A DNA stretch of 64,000 nucleotides from Lingula anatina (Eukaryota; Animalia; Brachiopoda). Shown here piece after piece: positions 37,371-50,300 of the stretch. The stretch covers positions 19,344,001 through 19,408,000 of the forward strand of contig CM120645.1 in the NCBI GenBank assembly GCA_051362555.1, written 5' to 3'. The first letter of the stretch is position 1. The number at the start of each line of letters is the position of its first letter. The position numbers were made by a program, and so were the translations under genes. The notes under the pieces are model-generated. The model searched no databases. It was not told the DNA's origin and was given only the letters and a program-made list of their open reading frames with translations.

Positions 37371-40300
37371 GTTATTATTATTATTGTCAGTGCTTAGATT
37401 ACAACCTTCAAATTACTTTCAGGACTTTCTTCGTAAGGCTCCTAATAAAGATGCTAATGAAGGCAAAGATTCAAATATGTTGTTACCAATGAATGATGAC
37501 AATGGCAAGGCATTTAAAATAGGGACTCTGCAGGATCAAAATGGTAAGTAATCTACCATTCACCTTCTTTTAAATCTAAGTCTACATTTCAGATACTGTA
37601 TTCTTTTTATGAATTTGAAAAAGCAGACGTGTAAGTTTCTGACCCAATACCCATCACCTGTGGAGTGCCTCAAGGATCCATTCTGGGGCCACTTATGTTC
37701 ATTCTCTTTATAGATGATCTCGTCAAACCATAAAAAGTTAGCTGAATGCACACAACAGAGCCCATAAGGCTAATAGGGTTTATATTTATCACATTACACA
37801 AGAATATACACCAAATATATCTGATAAATTGTACATGAAGTCTATTTTACTGCAGACTTTGTACTCTGGCATATTGAAAACAGGTCACATTACATTTCCC
37901 TTATTGAAACGTGTTAACTTTCCCCATGATTGCAAATAATGGAATGTCTGACAGGTGAATTTTTTTAGATAAGGTGTAACTAACTCAGCCTGTTATATGA
38001 AATAATTTTTCTCTTGCTCCGTTTGAATGTGTCTGCAGCAGTAAGACATCACTGTTTACACTGTCTATTGGTTTCATATGTCATGTAGGTCACGCATCAT
38101 GTAGCATGCTTTTAAAAGTTACTTTTTGAGCTTCCAAGCTGGAAATGATAACAGGGCACCAAAGCTGTCAAATGTACAGACAACAAGACAGAAAAATAAT
38201 CCATTCAAGCAATTTGAGCTGTATGTCAATTATTCCTGTAAGTTACGAAATAATACGTAATAAGCTTTTCTTTTTAGAGCATTTCAATGCAATGGTATAT
38301 AATACTTCACAGCTTTTAATTTATGCACTTCAGCTAATACAGTTATCTAGAAAATGTGACTAGCAAAAGTCTTCAGGGTCATGGAAATTCAAAATCACAC
38401 ATTAAAAGCCAATATACACACAGTTACTGAAAGGTGTTATTTTCCTTTTAAACACTTGTTACATAATACACAATAACCAATTCACTTTCATTTTTAAATG
38501 ATCAATTAAAACTTAAGATAGGAAAGGTAGGAAAAATGTCAATAAAACATTTTAAATGCCCTCTTGCTTCATTTTGAGATTCTGAACATAGGGACTGAAA
38601 CTAACAAACTGTACTGAGTTTTTCATTTTTGACACTTTATTATACCCCATTCACAGTACAGCGATTTATCTGATTAGGTCCCAATAAATACGAATAATTG
38701 CAGTAGGCTGAACTCATGAGAATTTTTGTGAATGGGTTTCTCAAAATCCTGCAAGTGTGCTGGATTTTGCTTGATTTGGATAACATACTGGAACCCACAC
38801 CTGATCAGATCTTACTGCGCATGTGCCTAGGAAAGTTTACGTATCTATGGACACTTGTTTTTAACTTAAGCTATTGCATTAAACATATTTGGAGGTCACC
38901 ACTCACTACAACATAGGAAAACTCAAACATATTTTGCCATCTGATATGTTCCAAGAAGGCAAAAGCTGAGCATGAATAGAGCTGTAATTAAGGAAGGTGG
39001 GTGGGTGGGTGGGGGGGGGGGGGGGAGGTTGGCTTCACATTCACAGACACACCCCCCCCCCCCCTTCAAATAATCCACATCTTATTTCAAAAATGTTTAT
39101 CACTGAGCATTAGTTTTTGGAAATGTGCAAATACTTTATCATATGGAAAAACAACACCACCTTCAGTGTTGCACTTGACAAGCTCTACAAATTTCAACAA
39201 ACAAGAGGTATATATATCTTTTAGAATTAAAGAGAGTTTTTAGTTCAGCAACTAATGGCTGCTTCTCCCATGAAAATGCACTGACTCAGGATGTTAAAAG
39301 AAGATCCCAAGTGTAACTTCTAACCATTATATCAAAGTAAATTAGTACAAACAAATATTCAACTGCAGATAAGTAATTTTTTACAAAATTTTGGACCAAT
39401 TGACCTTGAAGTATAGGTCAAAAGTCAAATCTAAGCTCATATTCAAAATCTCCACATCAATTTAAGGCTTACCTCCACAGTAATTTTCCTATAATTCCTT
39501 CAGTTTGGAGATATTTAACAAAATATGCTGAAAAAAGAGAGAAAAAAACAACAGGCTAGCATAACTTTTGAAGAATTGGTATGGTCAAGCTGACTTTGGA
39601 ATTCAACCTCTATTTCAGTAATATTGACCACTTCTGTAAGTTTGAAGACAATAGGCCTATCTCTTTTCCTTTAAATGTGTTGTCTGTATTGAACATGGTA
39701 AAATATATGCTGTAAAAAAAATAAAAAACAACATAACTTTTTATAAAATGGTCAGAGCATTTTTATCTATTAACCTGACCAGAACATTACGTATTGTTAT
39801 GTACCTTTACATATACATATGAGATGAATGTCCTAAACTTATATAATTTAGAACGCTTAATTCAAGCGTGGGCTCGAAATAGGACATTACGGTTTAGACT
39901 TACTCAGTGGATAACGCAATTCAAAATTCCACGGTTCGTGTCAGATTTACGTGAGGTCGCGCAAAGAAAACCCAAGTCCACATAATGACCAGTTTAATGG
40001 TTTATTGGTTGACGATCTCTAACTACATGTTCTGTACGTGAAGCCTCCAAGCTCTAGGCCGTCTCCCATAGCTCCGTCAAGCGGTCTCCTTCGAGTATTC
40101 TTCAGTCTGTCCCTGATCTTAATTCTAGACATCTTTTTATACGTATTTCTTATCTATAGGTGGATTCTGTGCTGCAGTATTTGGCGGTACATACTAATTT
40201 TAATTATTCAAATTGCACACGTCCACTTAAGTTACATAACTACAGGTAAGGCCATAAAACGAGTCGAGTGCACAAGCAATCGGCTCTAATCAAATTAATT

Positions 40301-41070
40301 TACATGTCTGGGAATTATATTTGTGAACACTACAGTATATTCATCAGTTCTGTAAGTTTTAAGAAAATCATTCAAATGATTTTTCACTTACTATAGTGTT
40401 TTTTCTGAAAGAGCACAATGATGATGGCCACAACAAATGCAGATGAAGGCTATATTTATTGTGCCATATCTATGTGTGCTATGTGTCTGTAAAAAGGCAT
40501 TAGAATAGGAACCACTCAGAATATATCATAATCCCAGTATGGGCTTAAGAAATCATCTGATTCCCCACCAACCTGTCTTTGAGTTCTTTGCTTGAATATC
40601 TGGACTGGATATTAAACATGACAAATCCGAGTTAAACGAGGATGGAGTCTAATTACTAGTAACTTTAGTGACCATTTAATTCATCAAGACAGGTGAAAGG
40701 TAGAGGGAGGGGGTCATTTGATGTTACTCTAAGTAACTAAGATAATAAAATCATTTTTATTTAAATAGGATTCCAATAAGCAGTGTCCTTTACAGAAAAA
40801 AAAAACTCTAAATTACTCCCCTGAGAAGGACTGAAGTGTTAAAAACTGTCATTTAACCAAAGTAAAAATAGCTGTGCATATTGCTCCCATAAGACATTTG
40901 CATATATTCACAGAACAATATTTTATTTAGTAATACCCTGTATATGTGGTATATAAGATGAAATTACGTAAGCCATGCACAAATAGTAACTACATATCCC
41001 TTTTTGTATTCCTACAGCCTTGCACTACTTAATTTTCTTATAATAAATATGTGAATTGTTTATACATAAT

Positions 41071-41117
<47 letters not shown>

Positions 41118-41998
41118 ATTTTTACAATGGAACTACATGCATGAACCTACTCAATAAGAGTTAAAAGTACAGAAAATGTCCTCTTTTCATGAATGTTTAC
41201 CCTAATAATTTCATTATTATAGCCCAAACTTGTCCCCGGGCATGCAGAGGGCTTCCAGGCAGAGATGGAAGGGATGGAAAACCTGGAAGAGACGGAAAAC
41301 CTGGAAGAGATGGGAGAGATGCTTCGAATCAAAATGGAAGCAAGGGAAGCCAGGTCATGCAGACAGATTATTTTCCTAGATTTTAATTCAACTTAAATGT
41401 CTATTTATAACTTATATTTAGGATGGCCTAGATGCCTTCAAAATATGACTGATAAAAATCAAAGAATCTTGATGACATGACTAATTCCTAAATGTGGCCC
41501 TTCAAGTAAGAGTGAAAAGTCATGCCTCACATATAGTTTCCTTACAAAAATCACCTTTTTTATCTTCCCCAGGGTCCCCCTGGTCCTGCTGGTCCCCCTG
41601 GTCCTGCCGTGACAGATGACAGAATCAAACAACTTATTATAGATCTAGGTAAATCATCTTTGCTTGCTTGCAAGACAAATGTTTCAGTGCTGCTTCTATC
41701 CTTCCTGAAAGGCACTTGATAACATGACTGAGTCAGCAATGTCCAAACTCTAGAAGTATGTAAATTAACAAGGCAGTCATGTAATTGATGCCCTTTGATG
41801 AAGGGGCAAAATTTCAGGTGACAAACACATTTAATGTCCTTGGGAAAAATCTCTTTTTTTTACCAACTCGACCATTGTTTGTGTTTACAGATTTGCAACA
41901 TAAAGCAGCTGGCCATGGATCTGTGTACACAAGATGGGGGAGAACTAACTGCAGTTCCTCTTCTCAACTCCTATATGAAGGTATTACATGCAGCATTG

Positions 41999-42040
<42 letters not shown>

Positions 42041-44292
42041 GTGTGCATGCGTGCGTGCATGAGTGCATGTGTCTTGAAGGATATTCACAGCTCATGTCAT
42101 TATGTTATTGATTCGGTTCTCCTTTAAACATTTACAGATCGGTTTATGAGTTACTAAGGGTGAATATTTGGTTAGTTGTGTTCAAAACAAATCTGAACTC
42201 TGTTTGGTCTTATAAGCTTCTGGTTTGTTCTATGAACAATGTGAATCTGTTTGGCAATATAGAGATTACCACAACACCAGGTCATTCTAAGACATCTGTA
42301 CACAGTAGTTTGCTGGGTCAGTACATTCTTGAAATGTATAGTGGCCACAGTGTTCAGTGCCAAAGTGAACAGTTGAGTTTTCAGTCCCCCTACATATTTT
42401 GATCCACTGTTCAACATTTCATTTTTGAAAGAGTCTTCAACATGCAGCAACTTATGCATGTTCTTTTTACAGGGTATGCAGCTAGTGCGTATTATTCACA
42501 TTCAGGAGAAGGAAGCAACTACCTGTGCCTACCTAAAGTCCCACAGTGGGGCCATTATCAAAATGGCCTCCAAAGTGGATCGTATATCTATGGCACTGAA
42601 TACGAAATGGGGAGTTACAGTAATGACCCATTCCTAAAGACCAATGCAGGAGGCGAGAACTTCAAGGACCATGATGCCCCGTGTGCTGTTTGCTACACCA
42701 AAGACCGCACCAGTCATGTCATGATTCCAGCCTGGAAGACGTGTCCTGCCAAGTGGACATTGGAATATCACGGTTACCTAGTTTCTAGCCATTCTAACCA
42801 TGGAAAAAGTGAATATATCTGCCTTGATGAGGCTCCTGAAGTGGTTGCAGGAGGTGAGGGCAATAAAAATGGCGCTCTTTTCTATACAGTTGAAGTTGAT
42901 TGTGGTTATGCCCTCCCTTGTCCTGAGTACAAAGAAGGGAGAGAAGTCACCTGTGTTGTGTGCTCTAAGTAAATCAAATATGAAATGATAAAACTATCGA
43001 GCAAGTTGCTAACAGCTGTGAAGAACTATCTCATTATTTATTCAGATCAAAGATTCATACAATGCTGAACTTCAAAATAATATTCAGAATTTCCTTTCTT
43101 TGTCTTATAATCTGATGATAAGTATTTAGATTCAACAAGAATGCCAGATTCCTTAGGCACCATGTTACTGCAAGGTCTTTTTTTGCTATTTATGACTGTA
43201 AAAGATGCAAGGAATTTGTGACTTTGCCCAATCATGGAGTCAAGTGGCCATCTTTATGGAGTCAAGTTGCCATCTTAATGTGACTCTACTCTGCACACAG
43301 TGTCACGGACAACTTGAAGTAAAAAGTCAAACGGTACATGGAGCCCTCATTGCTCCAAACCAAAGCTCTATACCTGCTGAAAGTGTCTCCTACATGCAGT
43401 AACTTATAATAAACTGTTAGATTTAATAGGGAAGGGGGTTGAGGATTGATTGGCAGGTTTAATTTGTTATAACTGCTACATACCACCTTTTTAACGTTTA
43501 TACCCCATTCTCTCCTTGAATTACAAAGAAAGCATAAATAAACTTCTTTGCATGCTAGATATTGGTATCTCTGATATCTTAAGTTCATACGCAGCAGTTG
43601 GAAAAAGGACTCTACACAACATGGTGTCTGGGATATGAAGAATTGTAAGCAGATATGTAGAATAGAATTATCTGTTATTAAACGGAAGGTTAATGTAGAA
43701 TAGAATTATCTGTTATTAAACGGAAGGTTATCTGTTCCTAGATACACCAACTTATAAAATTTTAGAAAGTCACAGTGACTCCCTCTAGATCTATCTGATA
43801 TCACTTTGGCTTAAGAAAATAAACAAAAAAACAGTTCTTTCTATTTTCAATTTTTAATGGAAATCACTGGTATTGATTAATTTGCCTTGCACTTTTGAGG
43901 TATTTTGGCTTAAAAAACATATTTACTGGTGCCAGTGAAAATTTCAGATTAACGTAAGAATTAATATCCAGACTTGAAAAGAATACCAAAATACATAGGA
44001 ACAATATTCAGTAATGCATATGATAGCTGAAATGACACAGAGTAACTGATTAACAAATGAAATAAAAGTACAAAATTAGAAAATTAGAGTCCTAAAATAC
44101 ACTGTTAATGTATTTTTTGTTTTGCTTGGTATCTGCTCATTTCAATCATTGTATACAACATATCAGCAAATTCTATAAAAATTTTTTGTTCACTACCTTT
44201 TGTGTCATTTGTTATTGTTGATAAAAAAAGTATTACTTATTAAAGACATAAGAGGCCAAATTCCTTTGGCCACTTACTTTAACTGTTAGTAC

Positions 44293-44360
<68 letters not shown>

Positions 44361-47300
44361 ATACGTCTCTATTTAAATGTTTATCTAAAAACGAGTAACA
44401 GTTGATTTATCTATAAATATGCTATTGCTTTTTTTTTCATTTTCGAATGAAACAAAAACATGTTAGCTGCTCCCCTGTCTAACACACTCAGAGAGAGAGA
44501 GACAGAGAGAGAGGGAGGGGAGACATCTCTAATTCTATACCTCACAGAGCTCAGCCTCAATCCTCTTATTCTGGAAAATTTTAATTTTGTAAGCTATGTA
44601 CTGCACTAAGTAAGAACCAAACACATGACAAGGAAATATAACCCAATCTTCTGATTCATCTTCAGCTCAGAACTTAACAAAATAATTCCAGGAATCGAAA
44701 AATAAGAATTGTCTTCTTAATTAATCGCAATTCTTGGCAATCATTCCAATCCAATTTCGGATTAAAATAACAAGATAGCATATTATTTCAACAGAAATGA
44801 TATGCAATATATCAATCCTCTCTAGGGGCCTAAAAATAACATTACATAGCCCAGGAGGTTTGTTAGCTGTAAACTTCGAAGTATGATAATATAGCAGGGT
44901 CAAATCCAGAGATATTTTTGACAGTTTTCCAAATTAACTCTGTTGATTCGTCCTCCATTTTTGACCGTCTTCTGACAGAAAAAAATTAGCTGCCTGTCAA
45001 TGCGAACTTGAAAATTCTGACTGTCTTCCGAAAGACCCAGAAGAAGGCCTCCATCCACCTCTGTATAGTACTATAGTACAGTCACCAAGGGCCAAAACAT
45101 AAGATAAACATGATTGTATTCCTTACAGTACCAAATCATTCTTATTCATTCATTTATACTCACTGCTGAACATTTTAGATGTATATTAGTTATGCTCACT
45201 TCGGGCCTTCACAGCCCTGAATCTGAACTAGAAAATCACACAAAGCATGGCAAATGGGTGTAGTCACTTGAGAAAACTGCTATAAGTTTCCAGTATGATG
45301 AACTTCAAATTATTACAGTGCTTATATTTAGGAGACCTAAACTGGAACCCCATGAACAATGTGATGTGCAAATAAACAAAATACTTGGACTCTTGATCTA
45401 AGCATGTTGCTGAGGCTGCTGCTGTTCCACCCAAAGGGTGAAAGATAAAATAATAATGATGATGATGATTATGATACAGTTTTAGTTTTACTACTTCTGT
45501 CAATCTGGTACATCTTTGCTATAATCGTTACGCCTCCTGACAAGTTGTGTGTCAGAAAAAATCAATGCTCAGGTCGATTTATTTTCCAAAGATGACAAAC
45601 AAAGGGGATAAAAAGCAATTACTGAGTCAAAATTTCTGTTTTTTTTTTGTTTTAGTCATGTATGTATATGCCTTCAAAACTTGTCTGAATTATATCTTGA
45701 AAACAAAAAATGTCCACGTTGTGCAATGAAGTCCAGAAATTGCAATAAATCTGTGTGGACAAAAGTACAAAAATGCACGTCCTCTATTTAAATCACAGAA
45801 AAAAATTCATTTCATGATCATGATGCTTTCATGGAATAAATAAATTAAAACAAGGCAGCAAAGCTGGCAAATGTACAGACAAAGAACAGAAAATAAAGAT
45901 GCAAATAAGTGAAAAATTAAATTTTCACAAAAAACTGTTAAATTGCCAGAAAAATTTACCAAACAGACTGCGTTGCCTATTGAAGCTGTATGTTAGACCC
46001 ATGTTTCTTTCCTGTAAGTTTGAGAACAGTAAGTGACATGATTTCCCTTAAATGGTCATCATAGGAGCAGTGCCCAAAATAAGGGTTTCTTCAAATTTTG
46101 ATGCAACATTACATAATGTTAACAGCATAATGACAATCAAATGTTATTAATAAAATATTAGTAACATGGACATTCAGAAAATGTGACAAGCAAAAGTCTT
46201 CAAGATCATGGAACTTTAAAGTCACACCTTGAAAATGCCAATATGTGAAAAATAAAATTTTCACAAAAAACTGTTTAACTGCCAAAAAAAAAAAAAAAAA
46301 TAAATAAATAAATAAAAATACCAAACAGACTGCATTGCCTACTGAAGCTGTATTTTAGTCCCATGTTTCTTTCCTGTAAGTTTGAGAACAGTAAGTGACA
46401 TGATTTTCCTTAAATGGTCATCATGGAAGCAGTGCCCAAAATAGGGGTTTCTTCAAATTTTGATGCAATATTACATAATGTTTAACAGCTTAATGACCAT
46501 TAATTTTTAATTATAAAATATTTGTTTCACAGATATTCAGAAAATGTGACTAGCAAAGGTCTTCAGGCCCATGGAACTTCAAAGTCACTCCTTGAAAATG
46601 CCAAAATGTAAACAAGACAGCACTGTTCTGAAATGGGTTTATTTCCATTTTTAACACTTTTTTAACATAAAACGAAATAAACATTTTACTGCCATTTTAT
46701 ATGACCAACTAAGAAAATTGATGAGATGGGAAAAGTATCAATAGAACAGTGTTAAATGTCCAATTTCCTCCATTCTGAGATTCTGAACATAGTTATGATA
46801 AGGTTATTTAGGTGTAAAGCTGAGAAACTCTGGAAGATAACTTTCACACACACCTAATGCATGCCAGCACATCTTCAATTTTTGACTTCATTCAAGTATG
46901 TGTGAATAGAATACTTCCACAGTCCCTCAGCTTTACACCTAAATAACCTTATCATATAGTGGATGATTGAATCTGACAAACCGCAATGATATGAGTTTAT
47001 TTCCATTTTTGACACTTTATCACACAATACATGATAACAAGTTTACCATGTTTTTTACATAATCAACTAACAATGTTGTAAAGATGCAGGAAATATCAAA
47101 CAAACACTTTTAGGCATCTTATTAGTTAAATAATGAGACTGTTAACATGCCTAATAATTGAATCTGAGGAAATGTGAAAAACAGTATAACTTCTAAAATA
47201 ATGGCCCAATTATGCTGATTTTCGAACTCAACCTGCGTTTTAGTAAGATTGACCACTCCTGTGAGTATAATTACAATTGGCCCATCCGTTTTTCTTATAT

Positions 47301-50300
47301 TGTGTTATCAGTGTTGTATTTATAATGAAAATAGTGAAAAAACAGCATAAATTCCCTAAAAATGGCCCAATCATGCTGATTTTCGAACTTGACCTGCGTA
47401 TTATGAATATTCATCAGTTCTGTAAGTTTCAAGTCAAAAAGTAAAATGGTTTTCCACTTATCGTGTTATCGGTGCTGCACATATGCTGAAAAAAGTGAAA
47501 AAACAGCATAAATTCCCTAAAAGTGACCCGATCATGCTGATTTTTGAACTTGACCTGCGTATTATGAATATTCATCAGTTCTGTAAGTTTCAAGGCAAAA
47601 GGTAAAATGGTTTTCCACTTATCGTGTTATCGGTGCTGCATATATGCTGAAAAAAGTGAAAAAACAGCATAAATTCCCTAAAAGTGACCCGATCATGCTG
47701 ATTTTCGAACTTGACCTGCGTATTATGAATATTCATCAGTTCTGCAAGTTTCAAGTCAAAAGGTAAAATGTAAAAGTGCACGGCGACAACGGCGACAACG
47801 GCGCCGACGGCGCCGACAGACGCAGATGATGGCTATATGTACAGACACATCTGTGTCTGTACATAAAAAGTAAACTAAAGATGAGAGGGTGTAACTAAAA
47901 GAGATGCAACATATGATCAAGCCATCTAAAGATAACACAACAGAAAATTACAAATGATATCTAATTACAGAGAATCGAAAATTCAAACTGTCAGCATATA
48001 ATGAGATTTATTTTCTCCATTCTTACAGTCGTCTAGTACAAAGAAGGTGGCAACACTGCTCCGGACCATTATAAGAATCTCTTTTGGTGAAAAAAGATGT
48101 CCCATAAAGGAAGCATTGTAATCATTCTTATATTAGTATTGGCATGGACACAGGTCAAAACAAAAAGTGTAAAAGACTATGATTTGGCCAAACTGGTGGA
48201 CCAAATAACCAAGCTGATGGATCGAATTTGACACACATGGAAAAAAGGCAACAGAGACAAGACAAAGAAATACAGAATGTGAGGAACAGGGATGAGAACA
48301 GAAAACTGGAAGCACAAAATCAACAGCTTCAGGTAATATTTTAGGCCTTTTCACATCAAGGGGTATGCTTAATAATTATATCAGCTACACAGTCGATACG
48401 GATGCACTTTTAGAGATTGACAACTAAATAGCCTGGTAATTAATTACAAGGATGACTCAAATAAATAAATAATAATAATAATAATAATAATAATAATTAT
48501 TATTATTATTACTATTATTATTATTGTCAGTGCTTAGATTACAACCTTCAAATCACTTGCAGGACTTTCTTCGTCAGGCTCCTAATAAAGATGCTAATGA
48601 AGGCAAAGATTCAAATATGTTGTTACCAATGAATGATGACAATGGCAAGGCATTTAAAATAGGGACTCTGCAGGATCAAAATGGTAAGTAATCTACCATT
48701 CACCTTCTTTTAAATCTAAGTCTACATTTCAGATACTGTATTCTTTTTATGAATTTGAAAAAGCAGACGTGTAAGTTTCTGACCCAATACCCATCACCTG
48801 TGAAGTGCCCCAAGGATCCATTCTGGGGCTACTTATGTTCATTCTCTTTATAGATGATCTCGTCAAACCATAAAAAGTTAGCTGAATGCACACAACAGAG
48901 CCCATAAGGCTAATAGGGTTTATATTTATCACATTACACAAGAATATACACCGAATATATCTGATAAATTGTACATGAAGTCTATTTTACTGCAGACTTT
49001 GTACTCTGGCATATTGAAAACAGGTCACATTACATTTCCCTTATTGAAACGTGTTAACTTTCCCCATGATTGCAAATAATGGAATGTCTGACAGGTGAAT
49101 TTTTTTAGATAAGGTGTAACTAACTCAGCCTGTTATATGAAATAATTTTTCTCTTGCTCCGTTTGAATGTGTCTGCAGCAGTAAGACATCACTGTTTACA
49201 CTGTCTATTGGTTTCATATGTCATGTAGGTCACGCATCATGTAGCATGCTTTTAAAAGTTACTTTTTGAGCTTCCAAGCTGGAAATGATAACAGGGCACC
49301 AAAGCTGTCAAATGTACAGACAACAAGACAGAAAAATAATCCATTCAAGCAATTTGAGCTGTATGTCAATTATTCCTGTAAGTTACGAAATAATACGTAA
49401 TAAGCTTTTCTTTTTAGAGCATTTCAATGCAATGGTATATAATACTTCACAGCTTTTAATTTATGCACTTCAGCTAATACAGTTATCTAGAAAATGTGAC
49501 TAGCAAAAGTCTTCAGGATCATGGAAATTCAAAATCACACATTAAAAGCCAATATACACACAGTTACTGAAAGGTGTTATTTTCCTTTTAAACACTTGTT
49601 ACATAATACACAATACACAATAACCAATTCACTTTCATTTTTAAATGTTCAATTAAAACTTAAGATAGGAAAGGTAGGAAAAATGTCAATAAAACATTTT
49701 AAATGCCCTCTTGCTTCATTTTGAGATTCTGAACATAGGGATTGAAACTAACAAACTGTACTGAGTTTTTCATTTTTGACACTTTATTATACCCCATTCA
49801 CAGTACAGCGATTTATCTGATTAGGTCCCAATAAATACGAATAATTGCAGTAGGCTGAACTCATGAGAATTTTTGTGAATGGGTTTCTCAAAATCCTGCA
49901 AGTGTGCTGGATTTTGCTTAATTTGGATAACATACTGGAACCCACACCTGATCAGATCTTACTGCGCATGTGCCTAGGAAAGTTTACGTATCTATGGACA
50001 CTTGTTTTTAACTTAAGCTATTGCATTAAACATATTTGGAGGTCACCACTCACTACAACATAGGAAAACTCAAACATATTTTGCCATCTGATATGTTCCA
50101 AGAAGGCAAAAGCTGAGCATGAATAGAGCTGTAATTAAGGAAGGTGGGTGGGTGGGTGGGGGGTGGGGGGGTTGGCTTCACATTCACAGACACCCCCCCC
50201 CCCCCCCCTTCAAATAATCCACATCTTATTTCAAAAATGTTTATCACTGAGCATTAGTTTTTGGAAATGTGCAAATACTTTATCATATGGAAAAACAACA

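Larger units (their letters stand above)
34598..45626 (+). repeat. Tandem segmental duplication unit 2 (~11.0 kb)
   Basis: Bounded by two identical junctions aattactga-g-tcaaaatttctg at 34598 and 45626. Confidence 0.92.

Noticed and set aside
43655-43731. 38-bp local tandem duplication in unit 2
   Set aside because: Ordinary slippage event in non-coding flank
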